This document shows positions 37,555-47,076 of a DNA stretch of 64,000 nt, in pieces. Source of the DNA: an uncultured Poribacteria bacterium (lineage in GTDB: Bacteria; Poribacteria; WGA-4E; WGA-3G); contig CATQHZ020000001.1 of the NCBI GenBank assembly GCA_958296135.2, positions 2,208,001 through 2,272,000 on the forward strand. Direction: 5' to 3'. The notes beneath the pieces were generated by a model. The model did no database searches. It saw nothing but the letters and a program-made list of their open reading frames with translations, and was not told the DNA's origin. A program made the position numbers and the translations under genes. The first letter of the stretch is position 1. Every line of letters begins with the position of its first letter.

Positions 37555-38400
37555 CCCTTTTCACCGTAGCGCGAGGGCCCGGCGAGCGCGAATCGCCGAG
37601 GGTGCCCCTCGCGAAGCCCCTTGATTGACCGAGGCATGGCGCAGCACAGGACCGCGCCCTACGGACTAAGGCGCATTTTAACTGACGGGCCCTTTTAACC
37701 GTAGCGCGAGGGCCTGTCCCTCGCGATCCCTCGACCCCTCAAAACCGCCCCCTTCTACCGTAGCGCGAGGTCTTGTGCCTCGCGAATCCTCAATGGACCG
37801 CAGCACGGCGCGGCACAGGACCGCGCCCTACGGACTAAGGCACCTTTTCACCGACGGCCCCTTTTCACCGTAGCGCGAGGGCCTGTCCCTCGCGAATCCT
37901 TGATAGACCGAGGCATGGCGCAGCACAGCACCGCGCCCTACGGACTAAGGACCCCTTTCACCATCGCGCAAGAACCTGTCCCTCGCGAAGCCCCTTGATA
38001 GACCGAGGCATGGCGCGGCACAGGACCGCGCCCTACGGACTAAGGCGCATTTTAACTGACGGGCCCTTTTAACCGTAGCGCGAGGGCCTGTCCCTCGCGA
38101 TCCCTCGATCCACAGAACCCCCCTTGATGGACCGCCGCACGGCGCAGCACAGGACCGCGCCCTACGGACTAAGGGGCCCCTTTTCACTGACGGACCCTCT
38201 TCACCGTAGCGCGGCGGCCTGTCCGCCGCGATCTCTCGATCCACAGAACCCCCCTTGATGGACCGCAGCATGGCGCGGCACAGGACCGCGCCCTACGGTA
38301 GAAGGGGCCCCTCGCAATCGCCCAACCCAAACGAAAACAGCCGCAACCCCGAAGAGCCACGGCCGTTTTCTCTGCATCGCGAGGGACAGCCCCCGCCCTA
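37555..38400. repeat. BIME/REPIN-like mosaic array 1 of alternating inverted REP palindromes
   Basis: About 7 type-A units (CCGTAGCGCGAGGGCCTGTCCCTCGCGA) and 6 type-B units (GGCGC[G/A]GCACAGGACCGCGCCCTACGG, usually followed by ACTAAGG), with recurring linkers. Confidence 0.9.
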
Positions 38401-38403
38401 CTT

Positions 38404-41400
38404 TTATTTCGCCTGCTGCTTCACAGCACCAAACGTCGTCAACTGCCGATGCGCAGGTGAAACAGGCCCCCGCAACCGACGCGTCACTAACGTCTCCGGC
38501 CGGCCATCAAACGCGACCTCCTCAATCTGATAGTAGTACTCAACACCCGGCTTCGCAGACGTATCCGTATACGTATACGTCTGACGCTCACCCGTCGTGC
38601 CAGCACCCGCAATCAGCGCAGCATTCAAAAGCGTGAACCCACTATCGCGCCGCTCACTCCGACGCAGGTTAAACCCGGCGTTATCCACCTCAGACTCCGT
38701 CGTCCAGGTCACGACAACCGCACTGGCCTCCGTGCGCGCCACGGTGAAACTTGACAATTCCACCGGCAACGCACCGCCTTTCCGATACCCCGGCGTGCCG
38801 ATGTCCGCCGCATGCCCATAATGGAGTTCGCCCGTGGCAACCTGCCGGATGTTCGCAGACAAGACCCAACTAGTCTTCTCCTTCCCTTTCCGCGCAACGC
38901 CGTTGTCGTAACGCCGAATCAGCGAGCTCCGAACACCTTCCTCGCCACTCACCGGTAACGCCCACGCCGGCGCATCCTTCGTCCGACGATTGCCATCGGT
39001 GTTGCCCACTTCGTCTACGAGGTTACCGTTGCTGTCTGTCAACTTCAGATAGAAGCCCTCCGCACTCAGGAACGTATCCCGCGCAGTCTTGATGCGCAGG
39101 TTCCGCTGATGCAAAGCCAACAGGTTGTAAACCCTATCGGCCGGGAAAACATCCGCCGACGAGGCACGCGCAGCACCCGCGACGAGCAGCAGCGTCTGAT
39201 TCGGTTGAATCACCTTCTCCTGCAGCGTCAACGCCACAATAGGTCTGCCTACCAAATCTTCCGAATCGACGTTCTGGAACTCCAGCTGCCACCGGTTCAG
39301 ATTCAGTGCCTCCGTTTTAGATTTATTATACAGTTCTATCCACTGCGGCAGTGTGCCACCCGCCGAATCAAACATCACTTCGCTGATGGTGATACTGCCT
39401 TTCGGCGTAGCTGCTGCCGTTTTCACGGCACCATTCGGATACCCCGGTGTGCCTGAAGTCGCAGCAGACTTCGAGACATTCCTGTCATAGCCGATACCGG
39501 TGAAGGCGGCTTCCGCCCAGGCATCTTTGTGGTAACCCACAATATCAGCCTTGGCACGCTGCCACACCTTACCAGAGCCGAGTGCCCCTTCGGTATCACC
39601 ACCGGGAGCCTCACGCACTTGCAACGGCCACACGTATGTATCATAGTCACCTGTCTGCTCGCGAACAAACGCATCCGTGTCACTGCCACCGCCACCGGCG
39701 ACATCGACAAATGCCTCGTTCATACCGAGTTTCTCCTTCGCGTTCCGCAGAATCAACAGGAACTTCCCATCGTCCGGCAACGCGAGGCCCGAGGCAACGA
39801 GATACTGATGCGGCGAACCTTTCTGCTCCACGGCGGAAGTGGCAATATCATCGCCACCGGCGAGAGACGTTTTGTCCGGCGAGGTACTCACCAGCAGCAA
39901 CAGTCCATTCGCAGGCACGCTCACATCCGCGAAAACGACAAGCGATGTATCTTCCTTTTCCCCATCGGCCACAACCGAAAGCTCATAGTCTTTCAGGGAT
40001 ACCGCCGAATCCGTGACATTCCGCAATTCCAGCCAATCATTTGCAGCACCGCTGCCATTGCCAAACTCGTTGAAAACAATCGGACTGCGAGGCACCTCGG
40101 AGGCAGCAGCCTTCCGCGAAGCCTCCTCGGGGAAAAACGGAACAAACGGCACAACCGGTGTCTCCTGGACGACAGGCGAACCCCCCGGGGCCGCCGCCGG
40201 CACCGAGGCCGGCGCAGCACCAGAACCCATCGCGGGCGCTGCTGTCCCAGACTGCCGCTGTTGCTCAGACAGCAACGTCGTCCCTTCCGGCACCTGTATC
40301 TCGACAGAGGGAGCACGCACTGTCTCTGCCACCGTGTCCGTGGCTGCCACCGTATACGCGAATGTCACCCGGGTCGAATTCGTGTCTTCCGCCGCTGTCC
40401 AAACAGCATGCCGCGCATTCGCTAACACCTGTTCACCCAGATACACCACCAGATACGGCAGGTTGGCCCCTTCATACCGCAGATTCTCCTGGGTATATGT
40501 CACCGACACTTCAATCTTATCCCCGGCGGTATAGACACCCGCGGGGGGCTCGACAATCTCCGGCGTACCCACCACGCTGTCCACCGGCACCGTTAACGTA
40601 TTCGATGCCAGACTGGCGTTGCCCGCAATGTCCTGCACGGCACCGGCGGGAACCTGAATCGTCACATCGCCCTTAAAACCGAAGGCCGGCGAAATTCGCG
40701 CTTTGTAAACCGAGAACGACACCGAATTCTGCGGCGGTGATGCACCAGGGGCGGGCTCAATGGAAACCGGGGCAGCAACCGTCCAAGCCAGCGAATTCCC
40801 ATCGGCATCGGTGAGGACGATGTCCGCCGCGCCAAACGTCTCACCGATCTCCTCGGCGATGGCACCCGTCTCAGAATGATGGTTCGTAAAGCGGAATTCA
40901 ACGTCAAACGCGCCGGACTGCACCACCGACTCCGTAACCGCTGCCGCAAAATCTGTCACAGGCTCCGATGCACTGGGATCCAAGTTGACTCTCGCATTGC
41001 GCCTATCATTGGTGTGCGTCTCACCATTCTTGATCAACCCAGCAATCCACACCGTCGGCTGGATAGTATCCGCTATGTCCACCGGCACCGTCAACGTATT
41101 CGATACCAGATTGGCGTTGCCCGCAATGTCCCGCGTGGCACCAGCGGGGACCTGAATCGTCACATCGCCCTTAAAATCGAGGGCGGGCGTAATCCGCGCT
41201 TTGTAAACCGCGAACGAGGGCTCAACGATTGCTTCGCCCACCTCGTTAAAATCGAGACTGGCAGTAGTCCTATTATAGGCCTTGGCCCGTGTAGCACGAT
41301 GGTCCAGCCCGATAAACGCCGGTGGTGAAACATGCCAAGCCAACACATTGCCACTCGCATCAGTCACCTGGATGCTATCTGCCCCAAAGCCTACGGGCTC

Positions 41401-42480
41401 CTCTGCGAAGGCAACTCTAGACTCGTCTGCTAAGTCACCGTCAGTGATTTCATCTAAGTCGTTGTAAAATCTGATTTCCACCGTAAAGGGGCCTGTCTTC
41501 ACGCCAGAAACGCGCACGGGAGAGGCAGCCTGTAACACACTATGCTCAAGCGTCTCAACAAAGACCTCCTGTTTCAGGTAATCTCCATCGTGCGTCTCAG
41601 AGTCTGCCGATATCTCGCCGGTGATTCTCACCGACGGGCTTATCCCATCAACACGGAACTTCCCCTTTCGGTAATCATCATGATACAAATCATGGACGAA
41701 ATTAGTCAACTGCCTCTGTCTCACATAAGGAGTGTTCCCATTATAATATTGCTGAAGCAAGCCTTTAGAATTCCACGTCCAACTCGGATCTATACTTGAC
41801 GTCCGAAGGGCGGGGTCAGGCTGTATTTTAGATCCGAAGAAGGATTTAGCATAGTTGTTTCCGGCAGCATCTGCTATGTTGAACGTACCGGGGGTACTGA
41901 GACGATCAAAGTCTAGTGCCACTATGCCCTTATAGTCAAATTCCAACTGCTCCACCGTGTATTCAAAGGTAAGTGTGCTGCTCAAGCCATTTCCCTCACC
42001 GGTTTTGAGGGTTGCGAGGGGAGCTGGTTGAAAAAATAAGTGAGGACTTGAGAATAACCGTAATTGCAGGTCGAGGGTGCCGGTCACCGTCACATTTTCG
42101 GTGAAATTCACACGAATATAGATGGTATCGCCGACACCGTAATAGCCAACCTCCCTCGGATCAGGAGTGGAGTAGAATGTCTCCGAATCTATTTCGGCAC
42201 ACTCCGCAGCTAAGACATCTCCGAAATACGCTTGAATTTCCTGCGGACCGCATTTTTGGAGAACACGTGCAACGCGAGAAACCCCGGTACGCGGTGCCGC
42301 GTCCACCAGCGCGCCGGCTGCGTTCACGAGCCGGGCCGGATATTGATCTGCACTCGCATCAACAGAGAGTATGTTCGGAGGCGTGGTATCTGTCGTTTGC
42401 GCGGCTATCGGGGCAGCCATGAAGACGACCCCAACAATGAACAGAAAAACGTAAGCATTCAAAAAAGTTTTCATCATCAT
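38404..42480 (-). CDS. Large secreted surface protein: Ig-like repeats, two lamin-tail-like domains, C-terminal LPVELSSF domain and TTFGAVK tail
   Basis: Signal peptide; duplicated YKARI.P...FKGDVTIQVPAGA..DIAGNA; IVFNEFG...DWLELRN and ITISEVM...QWIELYN; LPVELSSFT...WTTESEVDNAGFN...YYYQIEEV. Confidence 0.8.
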   Translation of the reverse strand: MMMKTFLNAYVFLFIVGVVFMAAPIAAQTTDTTPPNILSVDASADQYPARLVNAAGALVDAAPRTGVSRVARVLQKCGPQEIQAYFGDVLAAECAEIDSETFYSTPDPREVGYYGVGDTIYIRVNFTENVTVTGTLDLQLRLFSSPHLFFQPAPLATLKTGEGNGLSSTLTFEYTVEQLEFDYKGIVALDFDRLSTPGTFNIADAAGNNYAKSFFGSKIQPDPALRTSSIDPSWTWNSKGLLQQYYNGNTPYVRQRQLTNFVHDLYHDDYRKGKFRVDGISPSVRITGEISADSETHDGDYLKQEVFVETLEHSVLQAASPVRVSGVKTGPFTVEIRFYNDLDEITDGDLADESRVAFAEEPVGFGADSIQVTDASGNVLAWHVSPPAFIGLDHRATRAKAYNRTTASLDFNEVGEAIVEPSFAVYKARITPALDFKGDVTIQVPAGATRDIAGNANLVSNTLTVPVDIADTIQPTVWIAGLIKNGETHTNDRRNARVNLDPSASEPVTDFAAAVTESVVQSGAFDVEFRFTNHHSETGAIAEEIGETFGAADIVLTDADGNSLAWTVAAPVSIEPAPGASPPQNSVSFSVYKARISPAFGFKGDVTIQVPAGAVQDIAGNASLASNTLTVPVDSVVGTPEIVEPPAGVYTAGDKIEVSVTYTQENLRYEGANLPYLVVYLGEQVLANARHAVWTAAEDTNSTRVTFAYTVAATDTVAETVRAPSVEIQVPEGTTLLSEQQRQSGTAAPAMGSGAAPASVPAAAPGGSPVVQETPVVPFVPFFPEEASRKAAASEVPRSPIVFNEFGNGSGAANDWLELRNVTDSAVSLKDYELSVVADGEKEDTSLVVFADVSVPANGLLLLVSTSPDKTSLAGGDDIATSAVEQKGSPHQYLVASGLALPDDGKFLLILRNAKEKLGMNEAFVDVAGGGGSDTDAFVREQTGDYDTYVWPLQVREAPGGDTEGALGSGKVWQRAKADIVGYHKDAWAEAAFTGIGYDRNVSKSAATSGTPGYPNGAVKTAAATPKGSITISEVMFDSAGGTLPQWIELYNKSKTEALNLNRWQLEFQNVDSEDLVGRPIVALTLQEKVIQPNQTLLLVAGAARASSADVFPADRVYNLLALHQRNLRIKTARDTFLSAEGFYLKLTDSNGNLVDEVGNTDGNRRTKDAPAWALPVSGEEGVRSSLIRRYDNGVARKGKEKTSWVLSANIRQVATGELHYGHAADIGTPGYRKGGALPVELSSFTVARTEASAVVVTWTTESEVDNAGFNLRRSERRDSGFTLLNAALIAGAGTTGERQTYTYTDTSAKPGVEYYYQIEEVAFDGRPETLVTRRLRGPVSPAHRQLTTFGAVKQQAK
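40578..41210. repeat. Internal near-identical ~135-bp duplication in the surface-protein gene (40578-40712 and 41076-41210)
   Basis: Shared TGTCCACCGGCACCGT...CCTGAATCGTCACATCGCCCTTAAAA...CGCGCTTTGTAAACCG; period about 498 bp. Confidence 0.8.
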
Positions 42481-42541
42481 TTAAATTCCTCATTCAATTT
42501 ATGGCGCGGCACCGCACCGGTTGCGGCCGTGCCGTAGCGTG

Positions 42542-42922
42542 CTAGCGGATTGCGATGCCTGCCCACCTAAGAGAAATCTCCTCGTCCCGATGCCTTCCCC
42601 GAGCGCAAGAAGTACCTACGCAACAACACGAAAAGCGCGCTTGGAAAGCGCGCCTGGGCTCTAAAAGGGACGGCTGCAGCGGAAACGGTTGCCTCGGAAG
42701 TGGGCAGGGGTGTCCCCCGGATCGCCTTCCTACCGAGCTCGCAATGGTTAACGTGAGTAAAGTTGGGGGGGGCTTTACGAGTATTTCAGGAGAACACGGT
42801 GTCACAACACCGCGCGCGAACGTGAACACCGCGCGCAGCCACGGCAGCTGCAGCGTCAATGCACCGGTGCTATTCGGACGGATAAGGTTATCCATCGTAA
42901 TGAAAGCCTGTTGAGTTTTCAC
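42542..42922 (-). CDS. Putative leader ORF containing a C8 homopolymer tract
   Basis: AGGAG RBS then GTG AAA ACT CAA, just downstream of a near-consensus promoter; C8 tract (G8 at 42765-42772) encodes KPPP; the distal half is palindrome-rich. Confidence 0.4.
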   Translation of the reverse strand: MKTQQAFITMDNLIRPNSTGALTLQLPWLRAVFTFARGVVTPCSPEILVKPPPTLLTLTIASSVGRRSGGHPCPLPRQPFPLQPSLLEPRRAFQARFSCCCVGTSCARGRHRDEEISLRWAGIAIR

Positions 42923-42988
42923 GTTCGTTCTCCTAGACGTAAGGGGCGACATTTCACATCGTCGCCCAAATCAGTTACAGTATAGCAT

Positions 42989-43017
42989 AGTATACCACAT
43001 TTTTGTACAATTGTCAA
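42989..43017 (-). promoter_or_regulatory. Near-consensus sigma70 promoter for the leader ORF and surface protein
   Basis: TTGACA-N17-TATACT with TG extension on the minus strand. Confidence 0.7.
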
Positions 43018-43064
43018 CATTAAAATTGCAATCTTTTTTATTCTCCCATTTTTGGGACCGTAAA

Positions 43065-44005
43065 ACCGCCCCTTAGTCCGTAGCGCGAGGTCTTGTGCCT
43101 CGCGATCTCTCGACCCCTCAAAACCGCCCCTTTCACCGTAGCGCGAGGGCCTGTCCCTCGCGATTCTCTTGATAGACCGCGGCATGGCGCAGCACAGGAC
43201 CGCGCCCTACGGACTAAGGCGCATTTACCGCCCCTTCAAAACCGCCCCTTTCACCGTAGCGCGAGGGCCTGTCCCTCGCGATCTCTCGACCCACACAAAA
43301 ACCGCCAAAACCCCACGGACTACCGCATTTCCTCCGCAGACCGATGCATGGCGCGGCACAGGACCGCGCCCTACGGACTAAGGGGCATTTACCGCCCCTT
43401 CAAAACGGCCCCTTGTACCGTAGCGCGAGGGCCTGTCCCTCGCGATCTCTCGATCCACACAAAAACCGCCAAAACCCCACGGACTACCGCATTTCCTCCG
43501 CAGATCGACGCACGGCGCGGCACAGGACCGCGCCCTACGGACTAAGGGGCCCTTTTCACCGACCCTCAAAACCGCTCCTTCTACCGTAGCGCGAGGGCCT
43601 GTCCCTCGCGAAGCCCCTTGATAGATCGAAGCACGGCGCAGCACAGGACCGCGCCCTACGGACTAAGGGGCCCCTTTTCACTGACGGGCCCTTTTAACCG
43701 TAGCGCGGCGGCCTGTCCGCCGCGATCTCTCGATCCACAGAACCCCCCTTGATGGACCGCCGCACGGCGCGGCACAGGACCGCGCCCTACGGACTAAGGG
43801 GCCCCTTTTCACTGACGGACCCTCTTCACCGTAGCGCGGCGGCCTGTCCGCCGCGATCTCTCGATCCACAGAACCCCCCTTGATGGACCGCCGCACGGCG
43901 CGGCACAGGCCCGCGCCCTACGGACTAAGGGGCCCCTTTTCACCGCCCCTCAAAAACGCCCTTCTTTCGCCATGCAACGATCGCGCGGGAGACAGACCCC
44001 CGCTC
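43065..44005. repeat. BIME/REPIN-like mosaic array 2, same orientation as array 1
   Basis: About 7 type-A and 6 type-B units; shares linkers with array 1 (e.g. CTCGATCCACAGAACCCCCCTTGATGGACCGC). Confidence 0.9.
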
Positions 44006-44017
44006 ACCCCAAAGAGA

Positions 44018-44431
44018 TTAATTGGGGACAATTGCCTGGGCAAGTGTCGCAAGAAACTGCTCCACCTCTGGCGTTGAGAGTTTGGCTGAACTGCCTACAG
44101 GCGTGCGTTGTAAACTGGCAATCGCAGTCTGGTAAGCTTTCAGCGCATCGTAAAGTTGCTCAAGAGCGACTTGCCGATGGCGCAACGCCTCGCGAACACG
44201 CGCAAATTGCGTGACTATCCGTTCTTGCGGAATACCGTCGGGACGGTTTGTCAGCACGTGCTTTTCAACACCGTTCAGCGCGCGTTCCGCCATCCAGTGT
44301 CGTAAACCATCAAACCCGCCGACTCGGTTGTAAACAACGCCCCCGGCGATGAGACTCACGGCGACAATCGCGAGCAAAAAAATCAGAACCCGGCGATAAC
44401 AGCCAATTAATTTTGTAGTCAAGCTCGCCAT
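44018..44431 (-). CDS. Hypothetical membrane-anchored protein
   Basis: Single N-terminal TM segment and helical C-terminus; starts 2 bp after the amidohydrolase stop. Confidence 0.65.
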   Translation of the reverse strand: MASLTTKLIGCYRRVLIFLLAIVAVSLIAGGVVYNRVGGFDGLRHWMAERALNGVEKHVLTNRPDGIPQERIVTQFARVREALRHRQVALEQLYDALKAYQTAIASLQRTPVGSSAKLSTPEVEQFLATLAQAIVPN

Positions 44432-44433
44432 AC

Positions 44434-45549
44434 TTAGCGTTTTCCTTCGCGGATGGTTAGGACAGCGTTCAGTTTTTTATCGCCGATGAACTTCGTGCCG
44501 TGCGAGTCAAAAAACGCAAATTCACCTTCAAGCAGTTCAAAGACAGCAACATCGGCGACTGTCCCGATTTTGAGATGGCCGAGTTGTTCCTCACGGCGGA
44601 TGGCTTTGGCGGCACTGAAGGTAGCCTTCTCAATCGCGTCCGCAAGCGACAAACCGAGGTGCATCATTTTGGAGAGCGTCGTCGGCAAATCGTAGACAGG
44701 CCCGTTGATGTTGCCGGTGTGCAAGTCGGTGCTGATGACATCAGAGATAAAGCCTTGTTCCATCGCGCGCTGCGCGATTTCATATCGGAAACTCCCCGCG
44801 CCGTGCCCAACATCAAAAATAACACCGTCCTCACGTGCCTTCCATGCGTCTGGAATAACGCGCCCTTTCTCGTCAACAATGTTATCACCGTTGCCTTGGA
44901 AGCAGTGAGTGAGCACATCGCCCGGGCGGAGTAATCCCAAAATATCAGGTAGCGGCACTCCTGAACCGATATGGCACATAACCGGCGTATCCGCCGCTTC
45001 TGCCGCTTGAATCGCGAGTTTCAGGGGTTCTACGCCGTTATCTCCTACCTGCATTTTGCCTTGCCGCACCTTCACACCGACGGTGATGTCGCGATGCTTT
45101 TGTAACGTCTCTGCAACGCGCGCCGGATGCGCATAAGCCAACTCGTGCATTTCCCCCACGGGACCGTAGACAAGGCCAATCCCGGAGATGTGGATGTAGG
45201 CGAGAATCTCTGTCTGCGCCGGCTTCGCAATGAATTCCCGGAACCCCGGAAACGTCACCCAACTCGGACTGCCGGCATCTACCACCGTAGTCGTACCAGC
45301 GTTTGGACAGACAGCATCCGCGCGAATACCCCACGTCGTCACGCTGTGATAGACATGCGTGTGGATATCAACCAGACCGGGGGTAACGTATTTATCTGTC
45401 ACAAAAACGGTGTGCGCAGCGGAGTCCTGCGGGATATCGGGTTCAATCGCGGCGATAGTCCCACCAGCGATAGCAACATCGCGCCTCGCATTCAAACCTT
45501 GTGCGGCATCAATGACGGTGCCACCTTTGAGCAGTATGTCGTATTTCAT
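44434..45549 (-). CDS. Amidohydrolase/deacetylase family metallohydrolase (dihydroorotase-like)
   Basis: PGLVDIHTH, GTTTVVDAGS, THCF, DVGHGAGSF, ISTDLH. Confidence 0.88.
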   Translation of the reverse strand: MKYDILLKGGTVIDAAQGLNARRDVAIAGGTIAAIEPDIPQDSAAHTVFVTDKYVTPGLVDIHTHVYHSVTTWGIRADAVCPNAGTTTVVDAGSPSWVTFPGFREFIAKPAQTEILAYIHISGIGLVYGPVGEMHELAYAHPARVAETLQKHRDITVGVKVRQGKMQVGDNGVEPLKLAIQAAEAADTPVMCHIGSGVPLPDILGLLRPGDVLTHCFQGNGDNIVDEKGRVIPDAWKAREDGVIFDVGHGAGSFRYEIAQRAMEQGFISDVISTDLHTGNINGPVYDLPTTLSKMMHLGLSLADAIEKATFSAAKAIRREEQLGHLKIGTVADVAVFELLEGEFAFFDSHGTKFIGDKKLNAVLTIREGKR

Positions 45550-45583
45550 CTTCCGTACTCCCCTACCGTTGCTGAAATAGTGC

Positions 45584-47041
45584 CTATCCCTTCACAACGC
45601 CAATCGGCCGGAGGCGCGCGACACGGCGCGAGAGGCCGGCCTCATCAACAACGCGGACAACTTCATCGACATCCTTGTAAGCCTCGGGGACTTCCTCTTG
45701 AAGCGTGCGTCTGCCTTCGGCGCGCACGAAAATGCCTTGTGCCTCTAAGTCAGCCCGGATAGAGCGGCCCTTTGTTAAAGCTATCGCCTTTCTGCGAGAA
45801 AGGACTCTGCCCGCGCCGTGGCACGTCGTGCCCCAAGTTTCTGCCATCGCGCCCGGCTTCCCGACAAGCACGTAAGACGCAGTGCCCATATCGCCGGGAA
45901 TCAGCACCGGTTGCCCGACTTTCTGATATTTCTCGGGAATCTCCGGGTGCCCAGCAGGGAAGGCTCGGGTCGCGCCTTTGCGATGGACGAACAACTCGCG
46001 TTCCTCGCCATCTACCGCGTGTTTTTCAAACTTGCCGATGTTATGCGCCACATCGTAGACGAGCTCTAAACCGAGCTCGTCTTCCGTAGTATTAAGAAAC
46101 TGCATGAACGTCTGTCGGACGAGATGCATGATGCATTGCCGATTGTTCCAGGCGTAGTTCGCACTGCACGCCATCGCTGTGAGATAATCCTGGCCCTCTT
46201 TGGAGTTAATCGGCGCGGCGGCGAGCTGCCGGTCTGGCAGGTTAATCCCATATCTCTCCGCGACTTTCACCCAACTTTTGACGTGTTCATCGCAAATCTG
46301 ATAGCCGAACCCACGAGAACCGGTGTGAATCATGACGCAGACATGGCCCTCGCTCAGGCCCATCGCCTCGGCTGCCTCACGATAAAAAATCCGGTCGACG
46401 AATTGGACTTCAAGGAAGTGATTCCCCGAACCGAGCGTGCCGAGTTGATTCTTGCCGCGCTCCAAGGCGCGCTGACTGGCAGCATCGGCATTCGCGTGCT
46501 GCAGAAATCCGGCCGCTTCCGTGAAATCCAGATCTTGCGGATGGCCGTAGTCGCGCTCAATTGCCCAAAGCGCGCCCTTTTCTAACATCTGCCGCTCTTC
46601 TTGCACCGTGAGCCGAATCTGGCCACTAGAACCGATACCGCAAGGGACATTCTCAAACAGTTTGCCGACGAGGGCTTTCGTCTTACCTTCCAACTGCTTG
46701 ACATCAAGGTTCGTCCTGACGAGGCGCACGCCGCAATTGATGTCGTATCCGATACCGCCGGGCGAGACAACGCCGTCAGCACTCGGGTCTGTGGCGGCGA
46801 CACCGCCGATGACAAAGCCGTAGCCCCAGTGCAAATCGGGCATCGCAAGCGAGTGTTTGACGATGCCCGGCAGATGCGCGACGTTTGCAACTTGCTGCAA
46901 CGCCTCTTCACTTTTCGCTTGTTCCAGCAGTTTCTCGTTGGCGTACACGATGCCATCAACGCGCATCCCTTTATGATGACTTTTCGGGATGCGCCAGCGG
47001 TACTCGTCAATTTTTTGGAGTGTTATGTCTTGGGTTGCCAT
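45584..47041 (-). CDS. rtcB: RNA 3'-phosphate/5'-OH ligase RtcB (long, archaeal-like type)
   Basis: MPDLHWGYG, GYDINCG, GSGNHFLEVQ, HTGSRG, DVAHN, HRKGATR, PGDMG, HGAGR, EVPEAYK. Confidence 0.95.
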   Translation of the reverse strand: MATQDITLQKIDEYRWRIPKSHHKGMRVDGIVYANEKLLEQAKSEEALQQVANVAHLPGIVKHSLAMPDLHWGYGFVIGGVAATDPSADGVVSPGGIGYDINCGVRLVRTNLDVKQLEGKTKALVGKLFENVPCGIGSSGQIRLTVQEERQMLEKGALWAIERDYGHPQDLDFTEAAGFLQHANADAASQRALERGKNQLGTLGSGNHFLEVQFVDRIFYREAAEAMGLSEGHVCVMIHTGSRGFGYQICDEHVKSWVKVAERYGINLPDRQLAAAPINSKEGQDYLTAMACSANYAWNNRQCIMHLVRQTFMQFLNTTEDELGLELVYDVAHNIGKFEKHAVDGEERELFVHRKGATRAFPAGHPEIPEKYQKVGQPVLIPGDMGTASYVLVGKPGAMAETWGTTCHGAGRVLSRRKAIALTKGRSIRADLEAQGIFVRAEGRRTLQEEVPEAYKDVDEVVRVVDEAGLSRRVARLRPIGVVKG

Positions 47042-47076
47042 GAAGGTTCTCCGTTTTATCAAGTTGCGGAAGGCAT

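Noticed and set aside
37416-38530. ORFs across array 1 (and 43093-44077 across array 2)
   Set aside because: Repetitive translations of GC-rich palindromes are open on both strands, with no RBS or domain features.
37555-44005. CRISPR arrays
   Set aside because: Two different palindromic units alternate in inverted orientation, linkers are reused rather than unique and vary widely in length, and there are no cas genes in the window.
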